A DNA stretch of 64,000 nucleotides, taken from NCBI GenBank assembly GCA_022573225.1, contig JACZUI010000001.1:112883-176882 (forward strand), given 5' to 3'. Below are positions 40,024-48,382 of the stretch, piece after piece. Position numbers and translations under genes: made by a program. The notes beneath the pieces are model-generated. The model was not told where the DNA came from. It saw nothing but the letters and a program-made list of their open reading frames with translations, and did not search any database. The stretch is from Acidobacteriota bacterium. Its GTDB lineage: Bacteria; Actinomycetota; Acidimicrobiia; Spongiisociales; ZC4RG35. Position 1 is the first letter of the stretch. Each line of letters begins with the position of its first letter.

Positions 40024-41604
40024 CTATTTGTAGAAGGGGAGCCGGCGCAAGATCTTGAGAAGTGGGCCAAGGACCTTCTGGTAGCGCTGGTAGCCCATGC
40101 CGGGGAAGGGTGCGAAGGCATCGATCCCACGTTGGACTACGACCGTCTGGGCCTCGGTGTACTTGAGCAGCCCGCCCTCCCCGTGCCGACGGGAAACGCC
40201 GGATGTCTTCCATCCACCCATCGGCGCGTCGTACGTCGACCAGGCTGCGGCGTACCCGTCGTTGACCCCGACGGTCCCCGCCTCCAGCCTCGCCGCCACC
40301 TCGACCCCGCGACGCGTGTCGCGAGTCCAGACGCTGAAGTTGAGGCCGAGCGAACTGTCGTTGGCCTTCTCGATTGCCTGCTCCACGCCGTCCACCCCAT
40401 AGATCGAGACAACCGGGCCAAAAGTCTCGGCCCGGCAAACCATCATCGACTCATCCACGTCCGTGAGAACCGTCGGCTCATAAAAGGTCGGCCCAACATC
40501 GGGGCGTGGCTTTCCGCCCGTCAGAAGGGTGGCGCCGCGCTCGACGGCGTCCTCGACGTGACGGTGAACATTGTCTACATGCTCGGCGGTGATCATCCCG
40601 CTGAGCGCGCTGGAGAAGTCGTAGGAGTCGCTGAGCGGAAGCGACCGAACATGGTCTACGAATCTGGTGGTGAACTCGTCACTGATCTCATTGTCGACGT
40701 AGATCCGCTCCATGGCGATGCACAGCTGGCCCCCGTTGGCGAACACCGACCGGGATATCCCCGGAATAGCCTTGTCGAGGTCGACATCTGCCATGACGAT
40801 GGCTGCGTTCTTGCCACCAAGCTCCATCGATGCACTGATCAGGTTCCGGCCCGCGCGCTCCGCCACGATTCGACCTACTTCGGTGGAACCCGTGAACATC
40901 AAGAAATCGACTGCGTCGATCAACGGAGGACCGATGTCCTCCCCCGGACCGGTGACCACCTGGATCAACCCCTCCGGAAGACCAACCTCCTCCAGCAGTT
41001 TCACCGTCATCAAGGTGGAGTAGGGAGTCTTCTCATCTGGCTTGATGACTGCCCCGTTCCCGGCAAGCAGAGCCGGAATCGCATCGGAGATGCCGAGTGT
41101 GAAAGGAAAATTCCATGGGACTATGAATCCCACCACGCCGCGGGGATGTCGGTACTCCCAAGCCGTGGAGAATCCGGGAAACGCGACAGCACGGCGTTGC
41201 CTTTTCAGAAGTCTCGGCGCGGTGTTGAGGTAGTAGCGGGCCGTCGCCACGGCGTCGTAGACCTCTTCCATCGCCGGTATTCGTGCCTTGCCTGCCTCGA
41301 GCTGGACGAGGTCGAGGGCCAGGTCGGCCCGATCGATGAGGAGGTCATGGAAACGCCCAACGATCCTGGCCCGATCATCGATCGGGAGAGCCGCCCACTG
41401 CTCTCCCACTCTCCGGGCGCGGTCGACCGCTGTCCCCACGTCATCGGCGGTGGCGATCGGGACCGATCCGATCTCGTCTTGGGTGAAAGGGGCGACGATC
41501 GCCAGCTGCGGTCGGTCGGACGGGACGTCCACCCTTTCTTCCAAGGTCCGGAGGAATTCCGCAGTCACCAACGGGGTGAGCTGTCCGTTGGCCGGGAAAG
41601 TCAT
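40024..41604 (-). CDS. NAD(P)-dependent aldehyde dehydrogenase (succinate-semialdehyde dehydrogenase GabD2-like)
   Basis: FTGSTEVGRIV, ELGGKNAAIV and GQLCIAMERIYV (catalytic Cys). Confidence 0.85.
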   Translation of the reverse strand: MTFPANGQLTPLVTAEFLRTLEERVDVPSDRPQLAIVAPFTQDEIGSVPIATADDVGTAVDRARRVGEQWAALPIDDRARIVGRFHDLLIDRADLALDLVQLEAGKARIPAMEEVYDAVATARYYLNTAPRLLKRQRRAVAFPGFSTAWEYRHPRGVVGFIVPWNFPFTLGISDAIPALLAGNGAVIKPDEKTPYSTLMTVKLLEEVGLPEGLIQVVTGPGEDIGPPLIDAVDFLMFTGSTEVGRIVAERAGRNLISASMELGGKNAAIVMADVDLDKAIPGISRSVFANGGQLCIAMERIYVDNEISDEFTTRFVDHVRSLPLSDSYDFSSALSGMITAEHVDNVHRHVEDAVERGATLLTGGKPRPDVGPTFYEPTVLTDVDESMMVCRAETFGPVVSIYGVDGVEQAIEKANDSSLGLNFSVWTRDTRRGVEVAARLEAGTVGVNDGYAAAWSTYDAPMGGWKTSGVSRRHGEGGLLKYTEAQTVVVQRGIDAFAPFPGMGYQRYQKVLGPLLKILRRLPFYK

Positions 41605-41665
41605 GCTTCAACGGTACCCAAAATCGGCTCACTGCTGACACGGATCGAGCCCTACGCTCCTGTGA

Positions 41666-42127
41666 ATGGCGTCGGTTCACCAGATCAACACCTCGGAAGG
41701 CGGCGTACCAAAGCTCCCACGCGACACCGCTGTCATCGATGAGTCGGGCATCGTTGGCGACATGCAGGCCGACCAGGTTCACCATGGGGGCCCCGACCAG
41801 GCACTATGTCTCTACTCCCTCGAAGTGATCGAAGAGCTTCAGGCCGAGGGGCACCCGATCTCACCGGGATCGGCAGGCGAGAACCTCACCATCAGCGGGT
41901 TGGACTGGGGATCACTCGAACTGGGCCAGCGGCTGAGTATCGGGCCAGAAGCGATCGTAGAGATCACCTGGCACGCCACTCCGTGTCAGAAGAACGCCAA
42001 ATGGTTTGTCAACGGCGACATCCTGCGCATGTCCCATAGCCGCAACCCTGGCTATTCGCGTCTCTACGCCAAGGTGCTCAAGGGTGGATCGGTGAAGCCG
42101 GGTGATCCGGTCGAGTTGATCGTCTGA
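41666..42127 (+). CDS. MOSC domain protein
   Basis: HHGGPDQALCLYS, PGSAGENLTISG and ATPCQK. Confidence 0.8.
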   Translation: MASVHQINTSEGGVPKLPRDTAVIDESGIVGDMQADQVHHGGPDQALCLYSLEVIEELQAEGHPISPGSAGENLTISGLDWGSLELGQRLSIGPEAIVEITWHATPCQKNAKWFVNGDILRMSHSRNPGYSRLYAKVLKGGSVKPGDPVELIV

Positions 42128-42133
42128 ACGGCT

Positions 42134-42790
42134 TCAAAGCGTCTTGTCGAGAAACGCCACCGTCCGCTCCCAAGCCTGATCGAAGGCTCCGGGATCGAAA
42201 GACTCCCCGTCGGGATCACCAAAGCCGTGCTGGGTACCCGGATAGCGCTCCACAGTCACAGCAAGGTCTTCCAACCCCATCGTGGCCTCCATGAAGGCGG
42301 CCTCGTCATCAGAAATGAACTCGTCCGTCTCCGCCAGGTGGATCAGATAGGCCGCGTTGGACCCTGCGAAATCGATCTGCTGGCTTCCATAGAAAGAGAC
42401 GGCTGCCGTCACGATGTCATGGAGCCGGACCGACGCCCAAAGACCGAGAGATCCTCCCATCCCGAACCCGATGATCCCGACCGGGCCCTTGGTCGACTTC
42501 TCATGAAGCAGTGCGGCCGACGACAACACAAGTGAGGCAAGACGATCGGGGCTGGCTTGCCCCAAATGGTCGAGGGCCGCCCCCTCTGTCTCGGGGAGTT
42601 CTCCGAAGTTGATGTCGGGGGCAAGGACGGTGTAGCCGCGTTCGGCAAGGTCGTCGGCGAGGCTCTTCACCGACGACGTAAGGCCCCACAGCGAGTGGAG
42701 AAGAAGCACGCCGGGGCCGGGGCCCTGGTCCCCTTGGATGAAATAGGCAAGATCTCGAACCACGGCCCCAAAACTAACGACCCCTACCAT
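42134..42790 (-). CDS. dienelactone hydrolase family protein
   Basis: GVLLLHSLWGL, IIGFGMGGSL and HGF. ATG 42790 chosen as start. Confidence 0.75.
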   Translation of the reverse strand: MVGVVSFGAVVRDLAYFIQGDQGPGPGVLLLHSLWGLTSSVKSLADDLAERGYTVLAPDINFGELPETEGAALDHLGQASPDRLASLVLSSAALLHEKSTKGPVGIIGFGMGGSLGLWASVRLHDIVTAAVSFYGSQQIDFAGSNAAYLIHLAETDEFISDDEAAFMEATMGLEDLAVTVERYPGTQHGFGDPDGESFDPGAFDQAWERTVAFLDKTL

Positions 42791-42797
42791 CCCCACG

Positions 42798-44447
42798 ATG
42801 GGTTCAGCGGTCGCCCCCCTACACCACAGTGCATTTCGAGTCCTTTGGGCGGTCTCGATTCTCTCCGCGATTGGAACTTTCATCCAATCGATCGCTGCCT
42901 CCTGGCTCATGCTCGAGATGACCGGCTCCAGTACGTGGGTCGGGCTGATGGTGGCTTCCTCGACTCTTCCCCTTCTCTTTCTCGCCCTTTTTGCCGGAAC
43001 GCTGGCCGACATGTTCGACCGGACAAAGATCATGCTGATAGCCCAAGTCATCATGGGGGGATCGGCGCTGACCATGGCCATCCTCACCAGGTCGGGAGTC
43101 ATAACGCCCCCATTGCTCCTGGGGCTAGGGCTTCTACTCGGAACAGGTGTCGCCCTCAACCTTCCTGCTTTTCAGGCGCTTCTCCCCAACCTGGTGCCCC
43201 GCGGCCTCATCGCCTCCGCGGTGGCACTCCAATCAGCCGCGTTCAACACGGCACGGGCAGTCGGGCCGGCAATCGGTGGCATCCTGGTTGTCTCTGCCGG
43301 ACCGGCACTTGCCTTTGGGCTCAACTCGCTGACCTATGTGGCCGCCATAGTCGGGATCCTTGTGGTCGGCCGCGCTCTCAACATGCCGGACAGGGAGCCG
43401 ACGTCATTTACCAGCGCCGTCGCATTGGGGCTGAGGTTCGCCCGCTTTACGCCTCAGTTCGCCCGTCTCCTATTTCTCACCGCTCTGTTCGCGGTGACGT
43501 CGGCGGTCGTCCAGGCCGTCCTGCCCAGTCATACGCTGACCCTCGGCGGTACTGCGGAAACATTCGGCTTTCTCCTCGGCGCGATGGGCATCGGAGCATT
43601 GGTTGGCGCCTTCATCAGACAACCGGTGATGAATCTGCTCGGCGATCGAGGAACCATGGTCACGGTCGTCGCATTCGGACTCTCCGGAATCCTGTTGGGA
43701 ACCGCGCCCAACCTGCCGGTGGCCGTCTTGGCGATGATCCTGGCGGGGCTCTTCTGGCTGTTGACGCTCACCGACCTGAGGACCGCCGCCCAGCTCCTCA
43801 GCCCGGAGTGGATCCGGGGCCGGACCATGGCCATGTACACCCTGTCGTTCGGCGGGATCCTTCCGCTGGGCGCGATCCTCTCCGGTGTCGTCGCCGACTG
43901 GATCGGCACGTCGATGGCCATCGTGTCCTTCTCGATCGGAACGGTCGTGCTGGGCCTGGTGACACCGCTCTTCAAGATCCCCAAGCTCGACGACATCGTC
44001 ACACCGGAATTCTCGGAGGATCGCGCTGCTCATCTCGACGATGACACCATCGGTGGTGGACCGGTCGTCGTGTTGAATGTCTGGACGATCGACGAGGAGG
44101 ACTTCGCCGAGTTCACACTGGTGATGAATGAGATCCGCATGGTCCGGCTTCGCACCGGCGCCTATCGATGGCGGCTATTCCGCGACACCAATGAACCACA
44201 CCGGATTACCGAGTTCTTCGCTCTCGGTTCATGGGAGGAGCACCTTGCGCAGCATGGGCGGATCGACGACGCCTCGGCTGCCCTCATCGCCCAGGCTCGC
44301 TCATTCGACCGGGCCGGCGGGCCCAGGACCCGCCATATGATCGCAATCGACGTTGAACATCCGCCCGACTTTGACGAGCTGCTCGTCACTCATGCCGAGC
44401 TCCATAGGACCGACGGTTCGATTCCCGATTTCGATCACAACGGCTGA
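42798..44447 (+). CDS. MFS transporter (MFS_3/EntS-like) with a ~130-aa C-terminal soluble extension
   Basis: About 12 helices, with LADMFDR in loop 2-3. The C-terminal part VVLNVWTIDEEDFAEFTLVMNE...FFALGSWEEHLAQH looks like a ferredoxin-like ABM/Dabb fold. Confidence 0.8.
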   Translation: MGSAVAPLHHSAFRVLWAVSILSAIGTFIQSIAASWLMLEMTGSSTWVGLMVASSTLPLLFLALFAGTLADMFDRTKIMLIAQVIMGGSALTMAILTRSGVITPPLLLGLGLLLGTGVALNLPAFQALLPNLVPRGLIASAVALQSAAFNTARAVGPAIGGILVVSAGPALAFGLNSLTYVAAIVGILVVGRALNMPDREPTSFTSAVALGLRFARFTPQFARLLFLTALFAVTSAVVQAVLPSHTLTLGGTAETFGFLLGAMGIGALVGAFIRQPVMNLLGDRGTMVTVVAFGLSGILLGTAPNLPVAVLAMILAGLFWLLTLTDLRTAAQLLSPEWIRGRTMAMYTLSFGGILPLGAILSGVVADWIGTSMAIVSFSIGTVVLGLVTPLFKIPKLDDIVTPEFSEDRAAHLDDDTIGGGPVVVLNVWTIDEEDFAEFTLVMNEIRMVRLRTGAYRWRLFRDTNEPHRITEFFALGSWEEHLAQHGRIDDASAALIAQARSFDRAGGPRTRHMIAIDVEHPPDFDELLVTHAELHRTDGSIPDFDHNG

Positions 44448-45115
44448 GCGAACCTCATCTCCCGCCTGAATTTCTTCCAGTCGGAGGCTTTGGTCGACCA
44501 CCGGACATCGGTGATGATCGTCACCACTCCGACCAAGACCAACAACCAGGTCACCCAGACGGGAACCCCCGAGGCGATTGCAGCGCCAATCAGAGCGAAC
44601 GGGACCAGCTTGGTGACGATGGCTCCGGAAGCATGCATCCAGGCCCGGGACCGGGCAGGGGTCCGGAGATAGCTGGCGTAGTCGGTCTTGACACCGGGCT
44701 GGGGCATCCGAACGGTCCCGATGAACCAACCGGTGAATCTGATCCCGACCGCGGTTCCCACCGCCAGGTGGCCGAGGCCATGGGTCGTGACCAGCAGTGC
44801 CCCGAAGCCGGCAAGGAAGGCGATTGTGGCCCAAAACCCTGTGAGACTGTAAGCCCGGCCGATGAGGATCAAGCCCAAGACCGTTCCCACGATCATCAGA
44901 GAGGTTCCGACCCACAAGGGCACGACTAGCAACGCCCAGGCACGAAAGGCCCTCTGATCGACGGCACCGATTCGATCGGCGAACGCGTCGACGAGGTCGG
45001 AGTCCGCTTTCACCGCGCTCACCGCACGCCAAAAACCTGTTCCGGCCACGGGCCGGCCGCCCTCCACCGCATCCTCGGCTTCTGAAAGGACTCTCACTAG
45101 CTGGTAGACGTCCAT
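44435..45115 (-). CDS. hypothetical membrane protein
   Basis: Several helices and the motif THGLGHLAVG. The start is ATG 45115 or TTG 45124. Its 3' end overlaps the MFS gene convergently by 13 nt. Confidence 0.5.
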   Translation of the reverse strand: MDVYQLVRVLSEAEDAVEGGRPVAGTGFWRAVSAVKADSDLVDAFADRIGAVDQRAFRAWALLVVPLWVGTSLMIVGTVLGLILIGRAYSLTGFWATIAFLAGFGALLVTTHGLGHLAVGTAVGIRFTGWFIGTVRMPQPGVKTDYASYLRTPARSRAWMHASGAIVTKLVPFALIGAAIASGVPVWVTWLLVLVGVVTIITDVRWSTKASDWKKFRREMRFAQPL

Positions 45116-45165
45116 AGGCGACAATGTAGGCGTCGTGCAACCAGATCCCGTCCATAGGTGTTCTC

Positions 45166-45687
45166 TTGACGATGGATGAATTGACCAGGGCCCTCTCGAC
45201 AGATCTCGAAGCAGCCTTCCCCGACCTCGTCACTGCCATGGGCGCAAGGTTGTTCTGGGGTCTGCGGGGCATGTGCAGAGATCATCAGGAAGCCGAAGAC
45301 CTCACCCAAGAGACCTTCATACGTGCATACAAGGCTCTCGACGGATACGACCGGGAGCGAGTGCGGGAGCTGCAACTGTCGCCGTGGATATGGACGATCG
45401 CCCTCAATCTCGGTCGCAATCACATACGGAATCGGGCACGCCGACCGAGCTTCGTTGCATTGCGGGACGAGGCGGTGGACGATCCGGAACTGCCCGACAG
45501 CGCGGCATGGGACCGAAGGTTCGCCGTCCTGAACGGCCATCAGAAGACCGCCGTGGTCCTTCGCCATGTCGTCGGGCTGGGGATCGCTGAGATCTCGCAG
45601 GCGGCCGGCCGACCCGAGGGGACCGTAAAGGCCGACATCCACCGGGGCCTGGAACGACTACGACGAACTATGGAGCAGGAGACATGA
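45166..45687 (+). CDS. ECF-type RNA polymerase sigma factor
   Basis: Region 2 is EDLTQETFIRAYKAL..WIWTIALNLGRN. Region 4 is TAVVLRHVVGLGIAEISQAAGRPEGTVKADIHRGLERLR. ATG 45172 is an alternative start. Confidence 0.85.
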   Translation: MTMDELTRALSTDLEAAFPDLVTAMGARLFWGLRGMCRDHQEAEDLTQETFIRAYKALDGYDRERVRELQLSPWIWTIALNLGRNHIRNRARRPSFVALRDEAVDDPELPDSAAWDRRFAVLNGHQKTAVVLRHVVGLGIAEISQAAGRPEGTVKADIHRGLERLRRTMEQET

Positions 45688-46442
45688 ACATAGAGACAGA
45701 GCTGGCCGATCTTGTAGGCGAGATCCCCGACGGCATGAGCGAAGGGGTTGCTCTCGGCACCGGGATCGCCGACGGCTACGACCTGTACGACTCCCCGGTG
45801 GGCGAGGTGGTGATCATCTTCAACCCGGAAGGAGTCTCCTCGGTGGACCTGGCCGATGGAGGATTCAAAGCAAGGTTCGCCCAACGATTCGGCAGGCAAC
45901 TGCTGAGAGCCGAGGCGCCGTCAGCTTGGCGAAAGCACATCGAGCCGGCCATCGACGCCGGGACCCCCGGTCGGCTGCCGGTCGACTTGAGGGCTGTCAC
46001 CGAGTTTCAGGCCGGGATTCTCAAGGTCGCTGCATCAATTCCCAAAGGCCAGGTCCGCTCGTACTCGTGGCTGGCCCATCAGGCCAATCGACCCAAGGCG
46101 GTCCGGGCCGTTGGGTCGACAATGGCGGCCAACCCGGTGCCGCTGATCATCCCGTGTCATCGTGTCGTCCGCTCCGATGGCCACATCGGTGCCTACTCGC
46201 TCGGAGGCGCCCAGAACAAGTGGGACCTGCTCGAGCATGAGGGAGCCGACCCACATCGTCTCGAGGATCTCGCCGGGAATCGCATCCGGGTGCAAGGGAA
46301 CAGCAGCAGCGGGATCTTCTGCTACCCGACCTGCCGGGCCATCCGACGCTCCAAGCCGACAAATGTCGTCAGCTTCCGATCGGTCGAGACCGCCGAGCAG
46401 GAGGGCTACCGAGCCTGCGAGCTCTGCCTCCCCTGCTGCTGA
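45684..46442 (+). CDS. O6-alkylguanine-DNA alkyltransferase (Ogt/MGMT) fused to a C-terminal Ada-type zinc domain
   Basis: Active site VPLIIPCHRVV. The C-terminus GIFCYPTCRAIRRSKPTNVVSFRSVETAEQEGYRACELCLP resembles the N-Ada Cys4 Zn module. ATGA overlap with the sigma gene. Confidence 0.8.
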   Translation: MNIETELADLVGEIPDGMSEGVALGTGIADGYDLYDSPVGEVVIIFNPEGVSSVDLADGGFKARFAQRFGRQLLRAEAPSAWRKHIEPAIDAGTPGRLPVDLRAVTEFQAGILKVAASIPKGQVRSYSWLAHQANRPKAVRAVGSTMAANPVPLIIPCHRVVRSDGHIGAYSLGGAQNKWDLLEHEGADPHRLEDLAGNRIRVQGNSSSGIFCYPTCRAIRRSKPTNVVSFRSVETAEQEGYRACELCLPCC

Positions 46443-46532
46443 GCCGAAGGAGACAGTCGTAACCGGCTTGAGAGGCCGGGTCAGCTGCAACAGAGCCCGA
46501 TGCCGATTAACGCTGACTGCCATTAATCAGCT

Positions 46533-47508
46533 CTGACCTGGGACTTCGCGCAATCGACGTTTCGCGACGTGTCGCGTCAGTTCTTAGACGTTCTCGTACT
46601 CGCGGCGTTGCGGTCAGATCGTCTGGCGCTGGTCCGGCCAGATGACCATGCCAGGGGGTTGCGTCTGTTGGTGAAACGGCATCGAGATATGGCGAGGCTG
46701 CGTGCCAAACATTGCTCACGTCTCCATGCGTTGCTCCTCGAACTCCAACCGGGCGGTATCAGCTCAAAGATCGGTGTTGCCAGCACAAACCGGCTCCTCG
46801 AAGACCTCACCATCGACGACGAAGCAGGCCGGTATCGGGTCCTTATCCCCTGTGAACTCGTCGATGACGTCGCCGGCCTCGACATCACGTTGAAGGCATC
46901 CAAGAAACGGATCGCAGCAGCATTCGCAGCGTCAGGGACATCGCTGACCGATATTGTTGGGGTCGGGCCTGTCTGTGCCGCGACCATCATTGGATACACA
47001 GGCGATGTGACCCGGTTCCCGACCAAGGGCCACTACGCGACGTACAACGCCACCGCCCCGATCGAAGCGTCATCCGGCAGTCATATGAGACACCGGTTGA
47101 ACCCGAGAGGGAACCGGGTGCTCAACCACGCCATCCACATCGCTGCGGTCACCCAGCTGCGCCACGCCACCCAAGGTCGGGTCTACTACGACCGCAAGAT
47201 CACCGAAGGCAAAACACCCAAAGAAGCAATCCGAGCGTTGAAACGACGCATCTCAGATGTCGTCTACCGCCACCTCATCACCGACAGCCGACAACACCGT
47301 ATCGGCTGAAAAAGGAGGGTCCGGGAGGACACCCAGGAACGTCTTCTAGTCCAGCGTGGCCGGCTCACATCCTGATACGCCGGCTCTTTGGACAAGTCCT
47401 TCCCGGACCCCGACATCAACGCTACGACCAATCGCGGCCCACCGCCAGCGGTCCGCTTCAACGCGCCCAGCCTCGTTCAAAAACATCCGCTTGACACAAA
47501 GAGGCTTC
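46533..47508 (+). mobile_element. IS110-family insertion sequence remnant (5' part missing)
   Basis: Encloses the truncated transposase and about 200 bp of 3' non-coding sequence. It ends directly at a GTTATGTGC core site. Confidence 0.55.
46569..47309 (+). pseudogene. IS110/IS116/IS902-family transposase, C-terminal two thirds only
   Basis: GVGPVCAATIIGYTGDVTRFPTKGHYATYNATAPIEASSG...NPRGNRVLNHAIH...YYDRKITEGKTPKEAIRALKRR. The N-terminal DEDD catalytic domain is absent. Confidence 0.75.
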
Positions 47509-47517
47509 GTTATGTGC
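47509..47517 (+). repeat. isolated R'-type core GTTATGTGC at the IS junction
   Basis: Identical to the R' box of copies A, B and E, but no L' box precedes it. Confidence 0.4.
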
Positions 47518-47566
47518 TGCCTCCTTATGTCGAATGGTGGATCGTGACGGACATGGATCGACGGGT

Positions 47567-47644
47567 CCGTAACGACGGTCGGCTACCGGGGAGCTGGCTG
47601 GCGTATGCTCGGCTCAGTCGGCGGAGGCGTCGAATGGGTTATGC
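47567..47644 (+). repeat. weak attC-like site (CCGTAAC ... GTTATGC)
   Basis: CCGTAACGACGG pairs with GCGTCG..GTTATGC across a bulge. No ORF lies between it and the 47509 core. Confidence 0.3.
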
Positions 47645-47667
47645 CTTGATGGGCGAAAGGAGATGAC

Positions 47668-48315
47668 ATGGACTTCAGTACCAAGGATACGGCGGTTGTG
47701 ATAACTGATCCGCAGAACGATTTTTTGAGTCCTGATGGAGTTACTTGGGCATTGGTGGGTGAGAGTGTCACGGAGAATCGGACGGTGGAGCACCTGGAGC
47801 AACTGATTCGGGCTGCGAAGGATTCCGGCTATCAGGTTTTTGTGTCACCGCACTATTACTTCCCGACGGATTACGGCTGGCAGTTCGGTGGGACCCTTGA
47901 GAATCTGATGCATGAGATCAAAATGTTTGACCGCTCTGGTGCACTCTCGCTAGAGGAATTCGAGGGCTCTGGAGCGGATTGGGTTGACCCGCTAGGCAAG
48001 TACATCGGTGATGGCGAGACGATTGTGACGAGTCCCCACAAGGTGTTCGGGCCGGAGACGAACGATCTTGCGCTGCAGCTTCGGAAGCGGGGCATCAACA
48101 AGGTGATCCTCGCTGGCATGTCGGCAAATTTGTGCGTCGAAGCCCACATGCGCCAGCTGACAGAAGACGGCTTCGAAGTTGTCGTAGTCAAGGACGCAAC
48201 CGCGGGTGCTCGTCATCCTGAGCTTGGCGACGGCTACGAGGCCGCGCTGGTGAACTTCGCCTATATCGCTAGTGGTGTGATAACAACCGATGAAGCGACC
48301 GCTGCTCTGATCTGA
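47668..48315 (+). CDS. isochorismatase-family cysteine hydrolase
   Basis: AVVITDPQNDF, ILAGMSANLCVE. RBS AAAGGAG. GC is visibly lower than the flanks, about 50 percent in a 120-nt hand count. Confidence 0.8.
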   Translation: MDFSTKDTAVVITDPQNDFLSPDGVTWALVGESVTENRTVEHLEQLIRAAKDSGYQVFVSPHYYFPTDYGWQFGGTLENLMHEIKMFDRSGALSLEEFEGSGADWVDPLGKYIGDGETIVTSPHKVFGPETNDLALQLRKRGINKVILAGMSANLCVEAHMRQLTEDGFEVVVVKDATAGARHPELGDGYEAALVNFAYIASGVITTDEATAALI

Positions 48316-48372
48316 GCGTCTACAACTCGGGTGAGATATCGACCGCAGGTTTTGCGGTCTGTGTAGTTAGGA
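48316..48372 (+). repeat. divergent attC-like site after the isochorismatase gene
   Basis: TCTACAAC ... ACCGCA-GGTTT-TGCGGT ... GTTAGGA. The inner part resembles the 3' half of copy C (CCGC..TTTGCGGTC). Confidence 0.35.
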
Positions 48373-48382
48373 TTGCTCGCCA

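Noticed and set aside
45110-45166. Two GTCCATAGG direct repeats 40 bp apart in the membrane-protein/sigma intergenic region, similar to the CCATAGG L' box of repeat E. Considered as a further attC that would make the sigma-ogt pair a cassette.
   Set aside because: The boxes are in direct rather than inverted orientation, so no R''/R' or L''/L' pairing is possible. The first copy is simply the start region of the minus-strand gene.
47491-47520. An outward-facing TTGACA at the IS end as a hybrid promoter driving the cassettes.
   Set aside because: No acceptable -10 hexamer lies at 16-18 nt spacing. The TATGTG element is only 14 nt away.
46443-47667. Search for an integron integrase (tyrosine recombinase) or an attI site at the array's left end and anywhere else in the window.
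   Set aside because: No ORF in any frame shows the tyrosine-recombinase R..HxxR..Y pattern. The position is occupied by the IS110 remnant.
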